Assembly (NCBI GenBank): GCA_016748015.1
Contig: JAAOMT010000200.1
Span: 742,984-806,983 of the forward strand
Source: Geosiphon pyriformis uo1
Taxonomy: Eukaryota > Fungi > Glomeromycota
DNA length: 64,000 bases
Reading direction: 5' to 3'
The position numbers were made by a program, and so were the translations under genes. Each line of letters begins with the position of its first letter. Position 1 is the stretch's first letter. The notes under the pieces are model-generated. The model was given only the letters and a program-made list of their open reading frames with translations. It ran no database searches and had not been told where the DNA came from. Below, piece by piece: positions 11,501 to 23,716 of this stretch.

Positions 11501-14215
11501 ATTCAGTAGACTGGCATCATTTGCAAATGGACTTGCATTGCATCAAAATATGTGAACGTTTCATCCAATTTTTCAGCAACATTCATGAGAACTGGGTCAA
11601 CAAGGTGATGACTGACTTTGGGCTTTCAGATGGTTATAGAATACATGATGAGTTGGATTAAGTGGAGGTCTTTTCTTTACTGCTTTGGAAGATATTTTAT
11701 GATCTATTTTTGTGTGAAGTGAAAAGGCATAAACACTTATGTGGGTATAGAATTGATTCTAAGTTTGTAGCAAAGTCTGGCAGAATTGAGGCAAGTGAAG
11801 GAAAAACTTCCTTTTTGGCTGCAGATGCTTTTGTTGATGATATGATTTGGGTCAAAAGTAGTTAGGCATCTATGCAGTATATTTTAAACATTGCAAATGA
11901 ATTTTTTGTGATCAATAACATCTCAATTAATAATAATAAAACAGTAGTAATTTCTATCAATCAGAGAGTTAAGAATGCTTTGCTATTAATCAATGGATTG
12001 CCGATTTTAATTGCTAAAAAGAGTGAGTTACACCAATATTTGGGTATTTTTCTGTTAACTGAGAGTTTTTCTAAGCCCAGTTTGGCTCAAGCCCATAAGG
12101 ATATTAGGTTTTTTTCTAATATAGTGTTAAGAAAAACTATTATGAACAAACAATTCTGTTATTTGGTTTTGGCAGTTTTGCAACCCATTGTTAGCTATCA
12201 TATACAGTTCAGTTTTGTTACTTTAGATGTGTATCATAAGTGGGATATCATGATTAGAAAAGGTTTTAGAGCCAAAGCTGGTTTACTGTGTGACTTTCCC
12301 AGTAAGATTTTGCACCACCCTTCTTTATATGGTTTGAAGCCCTTTGAGCAAGTTCAGTTTGAAGGAAAGCTGGCATTACTGATTTCATTTTCTAATGGCC
12401 ATAGCATTCTTGAACATTTATTTAATCATAAATTTTTGAATTTGCAAGTTCTGGGATGGTCTCCTTTAAATCCTTTGCAATTTCTTATTAAGTTGCATGT
12501 TAGTTTTGTAAACAATTTTTTGGCAGAGGTAGTGAAGATTTTTTTGGAGAATGAATTATCTTTAACAAACAATTTACCTTGTGCCTTTCATGGGTCTGGT
12601 GATTTTCCAATGTCTGGTATTCTAGATTAGTCTTTGTATTATAAATCCGTTTTTCATTGAAGCATTTTGGTATTGCTTTTGGTGACAGAATTCTTGACAA
12701 GAAAGGAAAGGTAATAAACTGGAAAACATTTCGGCATTGGAAGTAATTGGACCTAAAAGACCTTGTGCCTTACAGGTTTTTTTTGACATCTGATTTTATG
12801 AACAATTCTGTTTTTTTGGGGGTTAAAGCTGCTACTACTACTAAGGAGGATGTGTTAAGTGTTTTGGATTCTAATAAGTTCTCTGAAGTTCATAATAGTC
12901 TACTGGAGGTGTGGTCTGATTGTATTGAAATTTATACAGATAGATCCTTAAGATATGTTGGTTCTGTTGAGGTGGCAGGTGGAGCAGCTGCATACTTTCT
13001 GGCTGCAAACACAGGCATTAGAGTTAAGATTACTGGACTTTTGTCCTCTACTTTAACTAAACTGCAAACTATGGTGTTGGCTTTGAAGTGTGTTCCATTT
13101 TCATGCTCAATAGTTTTGTATTTAAATAGCCAATCTGTAATTGATGCCTGTATTTCCGAGGCTTTTTTGATTACACCTGACTTCCATAATCAATGTTGGA
13201 TCAAAAGATTGCAGATAGTTAATCTTCTTAAAGACAAGAATATTTCAATTAAGTGGGTAAAAGTTAAAAGACATTCAAATGTATTGGGCAATGTAAGGAC
13301 TAATGCACTGGCTAATGAGACTATTTTCTTGTCTCTTTTTTTGTCAGTTAAAATCTGGAAGAGGTTTCTGGTCACTGAAAAGACTGCCATATCTAGCAAT
13401 ATTTGTCATTTTGCTCAGAACTTATACCAGTCAATATGCTGTGCTTATTGGAAGACTGGTCTAGGTTTTGATATAGTTCCAAATATTATGATTAAGAAAA
13501 TAGATTGGAATGCTACTATGACAATTTGGCATCCTGATTTACACATGTTTTTTGAATTCACCAGTAGAAAGTCAGCCAATTTATGCACGTATTTGATGAA
13601 GATTGTATATAGACAGCTGCTGGTTACAGTTAGAAAAAGGTTGTATAATAGAAGTTATCTTGGTGTTTTGTGTTTGCTGTGTGACGAGATGGAGTTCTCT
13701 AATCATGTTTTTGCTTGTTCTGGTGACTTTGGTCTTCGTGGAGACATTTTGGTTAAAGCTACTGAAAAATAGATGTCAATGTCTGGTCTTTCGAGTTTGT
13801 CTCTATCTGCTGTTTTGCTTTTGCTCTCATTATGTTCTTCGGATGTAAGTCTTTATACAGCAGTATGTAAGGGTTTTGTAATAAAAGATTGGTATGCTAA
13901 AACTGTTTCAGTTTTTGAAAAAAAAAGAAAGCTATTCAAATTCTTGTGAAATATATCAGATTTGTGATGGAGTTGTAGCACACTTGAATATGGACTATTA
14001 AGACCAAGCATAGAGCAAAAATGGAAAAGACTGGCTTGATTGGGGATAATGGTGTGGTTTCTGACTTGTCTAGCAGTATAGTTTTTATGTTGTCAGCTGG
14101 TGTTGTCCATATGTTTGGTGTTATAGAATCTTTTGCTATTAGGTTTGATAGACACAAATTGTGTCATTTTTTCTTTGGTTTGGATGGTGATGCTTTTGTT
14201 ACCATAGGTGTGTAG
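8553..14215 (+). pseudogene. LINE ORF2 (endonuclease, RT, RNase H, C-terminal Zn knuckle)
   Basis: ORF fragments 8514-14215 with domain motifs in order; removing the solo LTR plus one TSD restores ...GMVLNS|VSLMKLVKHL. Confidence 0.92.
9684..10654 (-). mobile_element. Solo LTR of the Gypsy family, 4-bp TSD CAGT
   Basis: TGTTAC...GTAACA, 971 bp, homologous to 4950-5920; CAGT at 9680-9683 and 10655-10658; no internal domains. Confidence 0.95.
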
Positions 14216-14729
14216 TGTTGCCTTGTCTGGCCCAAATGGCTGGCCACATGTAGTCTGTGTATAAGCTATGTTTAGTTGGTTCCACTTAGTTTGGTTCTAT
14301 GTACTAGATAGTGGTTGGACTTCATTCATAAAACTTGTAATAAAAAAAAATCAAATTTTTAAACTTTATATGGTGCAAACCATTTATAATCATCAAAAAT
14401 GTAAATCAGTCCGAAATTTTAAATGACAATCTTCACGTGTTTTTATTTATATAATTAAATTTTATTGGTTAATATATATGTGTTTTTAATATATTATTTA
14501 TAAGTAAAAAGTTTATTAGACTTTTACAAAAAAATCTGGGTTTTATTTACTTGAACTAATATGTTTTATACATTTTTTGCATCAAAATGAACTCATTAGA
14601 AAATGTACAACACTGACAAAAAAGAGCTATTCAAGATTATGAGCTTTAAGACAACTTCAGTTTTCTCAATCAAGGTAAAGCCAAAGATCTTTCAATTCCA
14701 ATCTGATTCCCCTAAATTAACACCAACTG

Positions 14730-15286
14730 ATGTAAGTTTCTTGATTATTGTGATAAGCTATTATATATCACATTCTAATAAGTTGTTGAAATATTCAACA
14801 ATCAAAATTTTTTTTACAACCTAGGAAACCAATTTTAAAACTAGATCATGATTTGGTCAAATACACAATAGGTATTTTAGTCATTATATTTCTCTTTGAT
14901 ATAATTCATCATTCAAATATTAAATTTAACCAGAAATTTTTATTACAGGGGATTTTGTATATCTCTTAGATCCAAGCAATTCTTTAAAATGCAACATTAT
15001 AGTCATTGAAAGATTATTTGTGAATTTAAAGTAAGTATTCACATTATAATAATACAAGGTTACAAATAGAGTGCAAATAACATTCCCAAATTCTCTGACA
15101 ATCGCTTATAGTACTTTTACGATTTCTTTGATGCCTGGTGTAAACAATATTGATATCTGGATTTCTGTTCCAATAATGATAACCAAATATGGTAGTGGTG
15201 TGAATGGAATATTCATGGTTAATGGTGCCATGTCACCAGCAGAAGACACGCAGGCTGAGAGATATTATATCTTTATAAAAAAGTGA
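14730..15286 (+). pseudogene. Spliced BAH-domain-like gene or fragment inside the TIR element
   Basis: GT-AG introns 14732-14824 and 14872-14948 join MKPILKLDHDLVKYTI|GDFVYLLDPSNSLKCNIIVIERLFVNL, matching the BAH N-terminal signature. The frame continues into ORF 15071-15286. Confidence 0.55.
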
Positions 15287-15333
15287 CCATCTAAAGATTA
15301 GATTAATATTAATTAAAAGCCTTTCTGAAAATA

Positions 15334-15918
15334 ATAATACTTCAATGATTTATCACGTGGTGATGTGACTTTAGTGATTGCTGATTGGCTAAAATCTGAT
15401 TGATCAACATCCAAAAATTAAAGATTAATAATAAAAGTGGCTAATTTTAAACTTTAATAACTTTATAAATTATAATATAATTCAAAAAATTAAACTGTAA
15501 ATGTAAAAAAAAAGAACTTAATCTATCATATTTACAGTTTAGTTTTTTAATATTATTAAAATTAGAAGACTAGATACAATTTAAAATTATATAAATTGTT
15601 TGATAACTATAAATGATTTGTACCATAATACTTTGATGATTTATCACATAGTAACGTAACTTTAATGATTGCTGATTGGCTAAAATCTGATTGATTGGCA
15701 TCTGAAAATTAAAGATTAATAATAAAAGTGGCTAATTTTAAACTTTAATAACTTTATAAAATATATTATAATTCAAAAAATTAAACTGTAAATGTAAAAG
15801 AGAAGAACTTAATCTATCATATTTACAGTTTAGTTTTTTAATATTATTAAAATTAGAAGACTAGATACAATTTAAAATTATATAAATTGTTTGATAACTA
15901 TAAATGATCTGCACCATA
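15334..15918. repeat. Tandem duplication, 2 x 291 bp, of the TIR element's right end; each unit has a ~19-bp hairpin
   Basis: Units start at 15334 and 15625; internal IR AAAAATTAAACTGTAAAT...ATTTACAGTTTAGTTTTT in both. Confidence 0.9.
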
Positions 15919-15949
15919 TATAGAGCAAAAGAAATATTTAAAAAAATAA

Positions 15950-17450
15950 TAACTAAAATAATTAAAAAGTTAATAAACTTAACAATAAATTTAATTAAAA
16001 CAACCAAACTTAAGATTTGAAATTCCAAAGAGTTCAATCTAATTTAATAACAAAATTAGCAGCAAATATTACTAAAAAAACAGCAAAAAAAAAACAAAAA
16101 GATAAAAATTTTAATATAAGACTTTTACTAATAAAAAAAATACAAAAGATCTGAAGCTAATAACAAATTTAATAGACAACTTAAAAGATAAAAATAATAA
16201 GATTTTGTAAATTTTAGACAAGTAGTTCAAGTTTTAATATTTATAACAGTAATAATAATTAAAAGTTTTTCATTAAATATAATATTTATACAAAGTACCA
16301 GTTTTAATAACAGTCAAATTTAAAGATTTATAAGAATTAAATATTATAACAACAAAATATTAATCATAATAAGAATTAAAAAAATAAAAATAAAACAAGT
16401 AATATTATTAATTTGAAAATTTATATTACTAATTTTAAAAGCAATATAACTAAAAAAAAATTGATTAATTTAGTTTTAAATATGTTTCTTAAGATAATAA
16501 CTTTTTTTTAATTAAGAAAAAAAAACCAAATATTATCTTTTTTTATTAGTATAAACTAGTAATTAAAAATAACAACAGCAGAAAAAAAGTTTTTAAAAAT
16601 AACAACAGTATATTATTATAAACCAGCAGATTTTAATTTAACAAAAATAACAATACTAAAAACACTTAAAAGCATTATTAATATCATTAAAAAATATGTC
16701 AAAAAAAATATTATAAAATATGTCAAAAAAAAAGAGCCAAAAGCTATTACAAAAAATTTTGCAATCTTAAATATGATTAAACAAAAAAAATTATTGATAA
16801 TAACATTAATAACAGTAATTAAAAAGACTTTAAAAGCAAAATTTATATAAAATAACTTAATATTGTTTTTGAAAACCAACTTAAGCTCAATAAAATAAAA
16901 CAATAAATAAAACAAAAAATTAACTAAAACCAATTTGATTTTAAAAGTAGTATTAGAGATTATAGTAAAAATTATCTATTTAAAAAATTTTTAATAATTA
17001 AAATTTATTTTTTAAACATTATTAAAAGTAATATTAAAAACCAAAAAAAAGTAATTAATTTAATTTCTATTTAATCAGTCTAATTTCTAAGATTAAGTAA
17101 TTTAATAAGTTGTTTTGTTACTAAAATTGACAATAATCTGTTAAAAAACACCATATTTGATAATACAGTCAATAGTTAATTTTTTAATTACTTGCAAAAA
17201 AATAATAGTAATATTAATAGTAAAAACAGTTTATTAACTGACCTATTGTTAAAAACTTTAAGGTTTTTAAAAAAGATAAAAACAATATTAGGATTAATTT
17301 GAGTGTGTTTTTTTAAAAAAACCTTAACTAAAAAAAAATTACTAGCTAAAAATAAAAAAAAATGCTTCAAAAGCTGTTAAAAACAGCTTTTTATTATTAA
17401 TATTTAAGAAAAATATTGCCAAAATATTTTGCTTAATTGCTTTAACAATA
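15950..17450 (-). pseudogene. Very degenerate retroelement relic, probably LINE ORF1 of a second subfamily
   Basis: Residual coding texture; knuckle relic CYKY*NLNYLSKIYK (~16200-16255) is explicable as C-x2-C-x4-H-x4-C after G>A/C>T; residual KVFNNRSVNKL. Confidence 0.45.
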
Positions 17451-18838
17451 AAAAATTTTTTTTTGTTAAAACTTTATTGGTTACTATAAAAAAAATAATA
17501 TTTAAAACTTTTTATTATTTGTTCTGTTTGTAATTATAAAAATAAAAAACAAAAAAGTTTTTTTATTGTTAAATAATATTAAAATTAATAATTATATATA
17601 TCTAATTATTGTAAAAAATTTTGTACTTAAAAATTAGTCTTTAAAAATAACAAAAATATTTAAAAGCAAATTAGATATTATTAAAAATATTATTAATTTT
17701 ATATATAATATATTTATTTGTTATAAATTAAATATTTAGTTGTCAAATATTAAATTTAAAGTTTTTTATAAAAAACAAAATTTAATTATTAATAATAAAT
17801 TCGTATTATTAGATATTAATAATTTATTATTATGTAATTTTAATACAAATATTTACAAATTGAATTTTAATTATAATATCTTAATTAATTTTGCTTTTAA
17901 TGTTTTTCTATTATTAATGTCTTTTAAATTTTGTTGTAATAATTGTGTTTTTAATAATATAATTTTGTAATATTGTTTTAATTAATTTAAATAACTGATT
18001 ATAAAATAAATAAATAAATTATACTTATTTTATAATTATATATAATTGTATTATAATAAGTAATAATTAAATTGTATTTGTTAAAAAACAAAATTAAATT
18101 AATTTTTAAAAAATTGCAAAAATAAATAAATATAAAATTTTTTTATAAGTTTATAATTATTTGTAAAAAAAATTAGCATTAATATAAATATTATAATAAT
18201 AAGTATAAAAAAATTAATATTTAAAATTCTAAATTAAATAATTAATATATTACAAAATTTTAATTAATTTATAATATAATAAAAATAATTATAAAATAAA
18301 AAACTTTTATTATAAAGTTGTTTTAATATGACAAAATAAATTATAATTATTATAAATTATAATATATTAAAAATTATATATAAACAGTAAAAAGATTTTA
18401 CTTTGTTAAAACAAATAAAAAAAAATGCCTTTTTATTTTCATAATTGTATAATATTTATTCATTAATAAATTATATAATTAAAATAATTTTATATAATTT
18501 TAAGAAAATCTGTTTTTAAATATTAAAATCGAATAGAAATTCACATGTGACTTCATAACAAATTTTATTAGCGAATTTAAACATCAGCTGCTGTTCACAT
18601 TTGCATGACCTTGATCTAAATCTGGTAGTCATCATCTGACAGTTGCATCATAATTAACATAGATAAATACACCATAAATACAACAGCTTAGTCAGCAAGA
18701 CGGCCGATTGAAGAAAAACACACGACTAATGATACTAAGGTCGTGTGAATATCTCTATCAACGACTAAAACGCTCGCCGTTTTTGTATTCATCTTTATTC
18801 GCCGCCAACGCTGCGCGAATATAAAATTTTCGGACGCG

Positions 18839-21800
18839 ATGTCGAATTTCGTATACTTTAATAATCAACAAAAAAGCAACAGGCAAGGCACAGTAACTCG
18901 TTCTTCTTTTATTCGAAATACAAATAACGAAGGTGGTTTAGCTGAGGAAGTAAGCAATGATGATACAGAGCCACCTCAATCTGATGCAACAAAAGTAGTC
19001 GAGCCAAAAGCTACACCGGTGCCAGCATCCGTATCTGTATCTTCGATTGCTGTTCGTCCAGACGAACCCACACTAGTTAATGGTCCTTTGTCTGATCGAA
19101 CACTCCCTGGAGATATAACTTCTCCGACTGCAGCAAAACTTCTAGAAACTGATAGTCTAGTTTTGGAACCCACTAATAACAGCGACAATCTTCAAATAGG
19201 AATCCCCCAAGACCCTAAATACCTGGCCACGCCTACAAATGGCAATAAACAAAGATATGGTAATAAGAAAGGAGTTACGACAAGTTGGGTATGGTCTCAC
19301 TTGAAAAAAGATGAAGTACAAAAAGTTGTATTATGCGAAGTATCCGTGTTGAATAAAGAAGGTGAAAAAGTCCCGTGCGCACATCAATTTCAAATGTCTA
19401 CTAGCACTAGTAATTTAGCTACTCATTTGCGTAGTCAGCATCAGATTTATGACCCATCGAAATCATCTGCACAATCGCCCTCAACCTCGGTTGTTGGCAC
19501 TATTGGAAGTTCTCTGGCGGCGCCAAAACCAATAAGATCGCCCGCAGCAAAAATGACCCCAGCCCCAGTGACCGTGACTCCCCAGCCACAACCACAAGTT
19601 CAGCATTCTCCTCAATTACCGGTTAGCATAAAATTTGAAAGTTCACAACCATTGATACAACCGCCTCCCCCACCACCGCGCCCTCTATTTGTACAAACAG
19701 TGCCCGAGCGAATAAAGATGCATAATAAGGACAAGCATAATCGATTAGTAGCAAAATTGGTAGCTTGGCTAGTTGAAGATTTGCAGCCTTTTAGTTTAAT
19801 CGATAATCTAAAATTTAGAGATTTTTGTCAAGAAATGGATCCTCGTTTCAACTTTCCCTCTGTGAATTCACTTAATACTTTTACTGAATTGGAGCTGGGC
19901 GATTTTATACAATCCACACCCACTCCAGTATCCATTCCCGAGAAAAGATCTGCCCCCAGCACTACATCGATTAATTCATCTGGTGAATCTGTATCACCAG
20001 CCAAACGTCTTAAATCGACGAGCAGTTGGGTTTGGAATCATTTGAAAAAGGATGAAACTACCCGAATTGTAACGTGTGAAGTCCTTGTTTTGAATGAGAA
20101 AAATGAAGAGGTTAAATGTGGACATCTTTTTCAATATTCTACAAGTACCAGCAACCTGGCTTCTCATTTGCGTGGTACACATCGGATTCTTGATGCTAAC
20201 ACGCCTTATACCCCATCACGTGCAACTACTTTACGTTCAAATTCAACTAATTCTTCAACCGGCTTTCGCACACGTTCTACTCCCACGCGAAATAATAGCA
20301 AAATGACTACTGAATGGGCACCATCACCAGGTGTGAGTTATTTGCCGCCCTTATCATCCCCTACCCCCAGACAACATCCAAAAGAAAAACAAGATCGATT
20401 AATTTTCAAAATGGTTGCTTGGATGGTTGACGATTTACAATCATTCGAATTACTGAACAGTTTCAAATTCCGAGAGTTTTGTCAAGAAATGGATGCAAAA
20501 TTTGTAATTCCCTCGGTTGAATCAATTCAACAATTAATAGTTGATTCAGCGAATGGGATTCAAGACAAACTTGTCCATCTTATTCAAAATACAATGACAT
20601 CTTTTAGTTTTACCACTGAGTTATGGGCCCAAAAACAAAACTCATTCATCGCTGTATTTGTACATTGGATATCTGACAAGTTTATACAGCTAAGAGCATT
20701 ACTAGGTGTTGGAATCATGCCTGTTTCTCCGACCGAGGATCAAATCTCAGAAGCCTTGAAGGCTCTTTTCGATAGATGGCAAATTTCCAATAAGTTATTA
20801 GCCACTGTAACAGACAATGCCCAAAGGCCAAAAACCAATCAGCATATTCAAGTTGAAAAAGTGCTTTGTAGTGCACATATTATTCAGCTCTCAATAGAAG
20901 CTGGGCTCAAAAAATGCACAAGTCTTTTGATGAAAACTACTGCTTTAAATGATTTTTTAGTGGATCGTGCGGACAGACATCGTGAAAGATTTTACGGAAT
21001 TCAAGCTATGATTCAGCCGGATGCGCAATTGTATAACGCCGTTAAACAAGAATCCCGAAATTGGAATTCAATTTTCTTAGTTCTTGAACGTCTGCTGATG
21101 CTTCGATCCGCAGCTGAAGTCTTGCAAACTGTTCTTGTGCGCGATAATGATACACTTGTCAAAGCCGATGGTAATGACTTGGCAAAGTTGTTACTCTCTG
21201 ATGAAGAATGGGAGGCTGTTCAAGAATTAATTTATCTATTAAAACCATTCATCCAAGTTACACAGTTTATGGATCTCAACGAAGGATATTCTTCCCTTGC
21301 GATAATGTATCCAACCATATTAAAATTGGTCAAGCACCTGAAGCCTGAACAACAACTATTCAAACAGACGGCAATTCTTGAGGTACAAAAAGAAATTTTA
21401 TCATCAATCATGCATCTCTGGCAAGATCCTCAAACCGTTGGGTTACTGGCTACTCTTTTGGATCCAAGATTCAAATCATTGAACTCAATATCAGAGAAAA
21501 AACGTGAAAAAGCCCACCAGGTTTTGAGAGAAAAGGTGGAGGCGCGTGGTGAAATTGATTCCCCAATTATGATAATCAACAAGCTCCCTATTGATTATTA
21601 TAACCCACTGGCTGCATTTTTTGAGGATGAATTTACTCAGTCCAAAAACCAGTCAGAGGTCGATTTATACCTTCGACTACCTGAACTTCCCAAAACTGAG
21701 ATCAAAGACGCTCTAGAATGGTGGCGAGAAAATGCCTCAAAATTTCCAAAGCTTGCTCTACAAGCACGCACATATTTGGCAACTCCAGGGACGTGTGTTC

Positions 21801-21946
21801 ATTCTGGGCGAGTATTCTCTCTAGATACCGAACACACTGTACTTATCCAAGGAAAAAGGCAACAACTTGATCCAAATTTTGTGCATTATATTATGATGCT
21901 AAAAGAAAACTCCATTTTATTTGAAAACTTAACATATCATTCGTGA
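18839..21946 (+). CDS. hAT-transposase-derived BED zinc-finger protein (ZBED-like, likely domesticated), 1035 aa
   Basis: Uninterrupted ORF, CpG retained. Two BED fingers (WVW.H..C..C..TSNLA.HL..H); two W.V.DLQ.F...KFR.F...D modules; core FTTELW, TDNA, CSAH, RNWNS; LLDPRFK; C-terminal WW..FPKLA..AR.YLA.P.T..SGRVFS. Confidence 0.93.
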   Translation: MSNFVYFNNQQKSNRQGTVTRSSFIRNTNNEGGLAEEVSNDDTEPPQSDATKVVEPKATPVPASVSVSSIAVRPDEPTLVNGPLSDRTLPGDITSPTAAKLLETDSLVLEPTNNSDNLQIGIPQDPKYLATPTNGNKQRYGNKKGVTTSWVWSHLKKDEVQKVVLCEVSVLNKEGEKVPCAHQFQMSTSTSNLATHLRSQHQIYDPSKSSAQSPSTSVVGTIGSSLAAPKPIRSPAAKMTPAPVTVTPQPQPQVQHSPQLPVSIKFESSQPLIQPPPPPPRPLFVQTVPERIKMHNKDKHNRLVAKLVAWLVEDLQPFSLIDNLKFRDFCQEMDPRFNFPSVNSLNTFTELELGDFIQSTPTPVSIPEKRSAPSTTSINSSGESVSPAKRLKSTSSWVWNHLKKDETTRIVTCEVLVLNEKNEEVKCGHLFQYSTSTSNLASHLRGTHRILDANTPYTPSRATTLRSNSTNSSTGFRTRSTPTRNNSKMTTEWAPSPGVSYLPPLSSPTPRQHPKEKQDRLIFKMVAWMVDDLQSFELLNSFKFREFCQEMDAKFVIPSVESIQQLIVDSANGIQDKLVHLIQNTMTSFSFTTELWAQKQNSFIAVFVHWISDKFIQLRALLGVGIMPVSPTEDQISEALKALFDRWQISNKLLATVTDNAQRPKTNQHIQVEKVLCSAHIIQLSIEAGLKKCTSLLMKTTALNDFLVDRADRHRERFYGIQAMIQPDAQLYNAVKQESRNWNSIFLVLERLLMLRSAAEVLQTVLVRDNDTLVKADGNDLAKLLLSDEEWEAVQELIYLLKPFIQVTQFMDLNEGYSSLAIMYPTILKLVKHLKPEQQLFKQTAILEVQKEILSSIMHLWQDPQTVGLLATLLDPRFKSLNSISEKKREKAHQVLREKVEARGEIDSPIMIINKLPIDYYNPLAAFFEDEFTQSKNQSEVDLYLRLPELPKTEIKDALEWWRENASKFPKLALQARTYLATPGTCVHSGRVFSLDTEHTVLIQGKRQQLDPNFVHYIMMLKENSILFENLTYHS

Positions 21947-23468
21947 GTATTTTTTCCCTATCAATTGGCCCTTTCATGACACGTATTATATTAAGAAAAG
22001 TCGAAACGAAAATTGGTATAGAAATTGGTTTTGAGTCCTAGTCCGCTCTCAACACCAAGTAAAAAAAAGAGATATGGGCCTTAGATTTTGGCTAATCGCG
22101 ATATCTCGGTGCCGAAATATTAACGCTGATAAGCTCGCCGGATTTTTAGTTAGCCGATCCCTGTTGCCAACCTTTCCACAAAAGCTAAATTTCGACATTT
22201 GGCGGCATTTTGAGTCATTTTACATTGATGGCATTCCTTAAAATCCAATAGGAAATTTTATCCTACATCTCCCGTTATTTTTGCTCAATTACTTAATGAA
22301 AAATACAAGGGACAAATGTAGCAGCCATCCAAATGTTTTTTAAAGCAGTCGACAATAAAAGTCAAGGATGTAGTTGCCCGCGATGATGAAACCAATCCCA
22401 AATCAATGACCAGCATTTCCTTCATTTAATTCAAGACCTTGCGATAAACAATAGCTGCGGATTCTATCTTTGAGGTAAGTCAACCTTTTTGCAATCCACC
22501 AGAACACCATAAAATTGTATAATAGCATAGAAACATTTTAAGGTAGCCTTGGATACCCTTGAGAATTAGAAAAATCTAATAAGGGGTAGTAGGTTTTTAA
22601 TATGACAAAACCATCAAAGGCTAAATTGATTGAACTGTAAATTTAAAAATTTGAATATTATAATGACAGTAAAATCAGCTATAATTTTGATTTCAGATAA
22701 TTTTTGATGCAAAAGTGTAAAACGTGCTATAATTAAGAATGCAAATTTGCTATATTTAATTCATATTAAAAAACATTAAACTTATCTTAATATTAAAAAT
22801 TTAAAAAAAAAACTCAGAATTTTTAAAATCAAATTGTATTGCTTTATAGAATATTTACAATAATATCAAAAATTTTTTATAAATATTTAAATTCTTTATT
22901 AATAACAAATAATTTGAAATTCTTAATAAATTTTATAAATAATAAAGAAATAACATTAATTGTAATTTAATGTTTTATTTAATAAGTAATATTATATTAA
23001 TTATTTAAATAGATTAGAAAATCGTTATATTATAACCAAAATAAAAAAAAGTAAGAATTTAAAAAAAATTTAGTTAAATACAAAAAAATATAAATTATAA
23101 TTAACAAATTTATATATTGACAAATAAAATTATTTAATAAGCATAAAATAATAATAATAAATTAATTAAAATTAATAAATCTACAAATTTTCAAATTGTT
23201 AATAATAGTAAAATTATTGTTAATGTTATTTTTTAATAATAATAAGCACATATTTTAATTAATGTACATAATTATATATAAATAAATTAGTTTAAACAAT
23301 GTTTTTTTATTTGTTTTAAAATTAAGTTTGCTATTTTATATTAAGTTGGTTATAAAACAAAATATGTATTTAATTTTTAACATAATATATAATTTTTATT
23401 TAAATATATTTAATATATATGTAATAAATTATTTAAACTAATTAAAATTACATTATTTTATTTTTTAA

Positions 23469-23499
<31 letters not shown>

Positions 23500-23716
23500 G
23501 AGCATAAAAACTTTTTATTTATTAAATTAAATATTTTTAATACTAATTTTAAAAGTCTTAAAATTTTTATGTTTATTAATACTATATTTTAGTATTTTAT
23601 TTTATTATTATATTTTAATTAATACAACATATTTATTAAATATAAAATTTATTTTTTTATATTTATTTCAACTTTTATAAATAATTTTTATGTAAATTTA
23701 AAAATATTTTAATTGA

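Larger units (their letters stand above)
6551..14350 (+). mobile_element. Non-LTR retrotransposon (LINE) copy 1: ORF1 + APE-RT-RNaseH-CCHC ORF2, poly(A) end; interrupted by solo LTR
   Basis: 5' UTR shared with copies 2 and 3 (CTCTTACATC...); APE motifs ATCNIK, IETKL, IDFILVS; RT RPIAL, QDMHKAYDSV, AFVDD; RNase H IYTDRS..WVKVKRHS..GNVRTN; CLLCDEMEFSNHVFAC; 3' GGACTTCATTCATAAAACTTGTAAT-A9. Confidence 0.93.
14367..15920. mobile_element. Non-autonomous TIR DNA element (~31-bp TIRs; TA/TATA boundary)
   Basis: Left TATATGGTGCAAACCATTTATAATCATCAAA vs reverse complement of right end TATATGGTGCAGATCATTTATAGTTATCAAA (4 transitions). No transposase recognised inside. Confidence 0.75.

Noticed and set aside
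6530-14366. TSD around LINE copy 1
   Set aside because: Both flanks are A/T runs with loose similarity only, indistinguishable from chance.
14603-15298. Alternative spliced frame starting at ATG 14603 (W/C-rich product)
   Set aside because: Splice phases fit but it contains about seven stops, whereas the BAH-like frame is open across the downstream exons; not fully excluded.
16616-17970. F/L/I/N/K-rich ORFs as membrane proteins
   Set aside because: Compositional artefacts of AT-eroded TE relics.
22150-22175. hAT-like TIR (GATCCCTG / GTTGCCAACC) downstream of the hAT gene
   Set aside because: No matching partner or 8-bp TSD was seen upstream of 18839.
22296-22480. Possible exon ending in GAG|GTAAGT
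   Set aside because: No convincing product or downstream exon.
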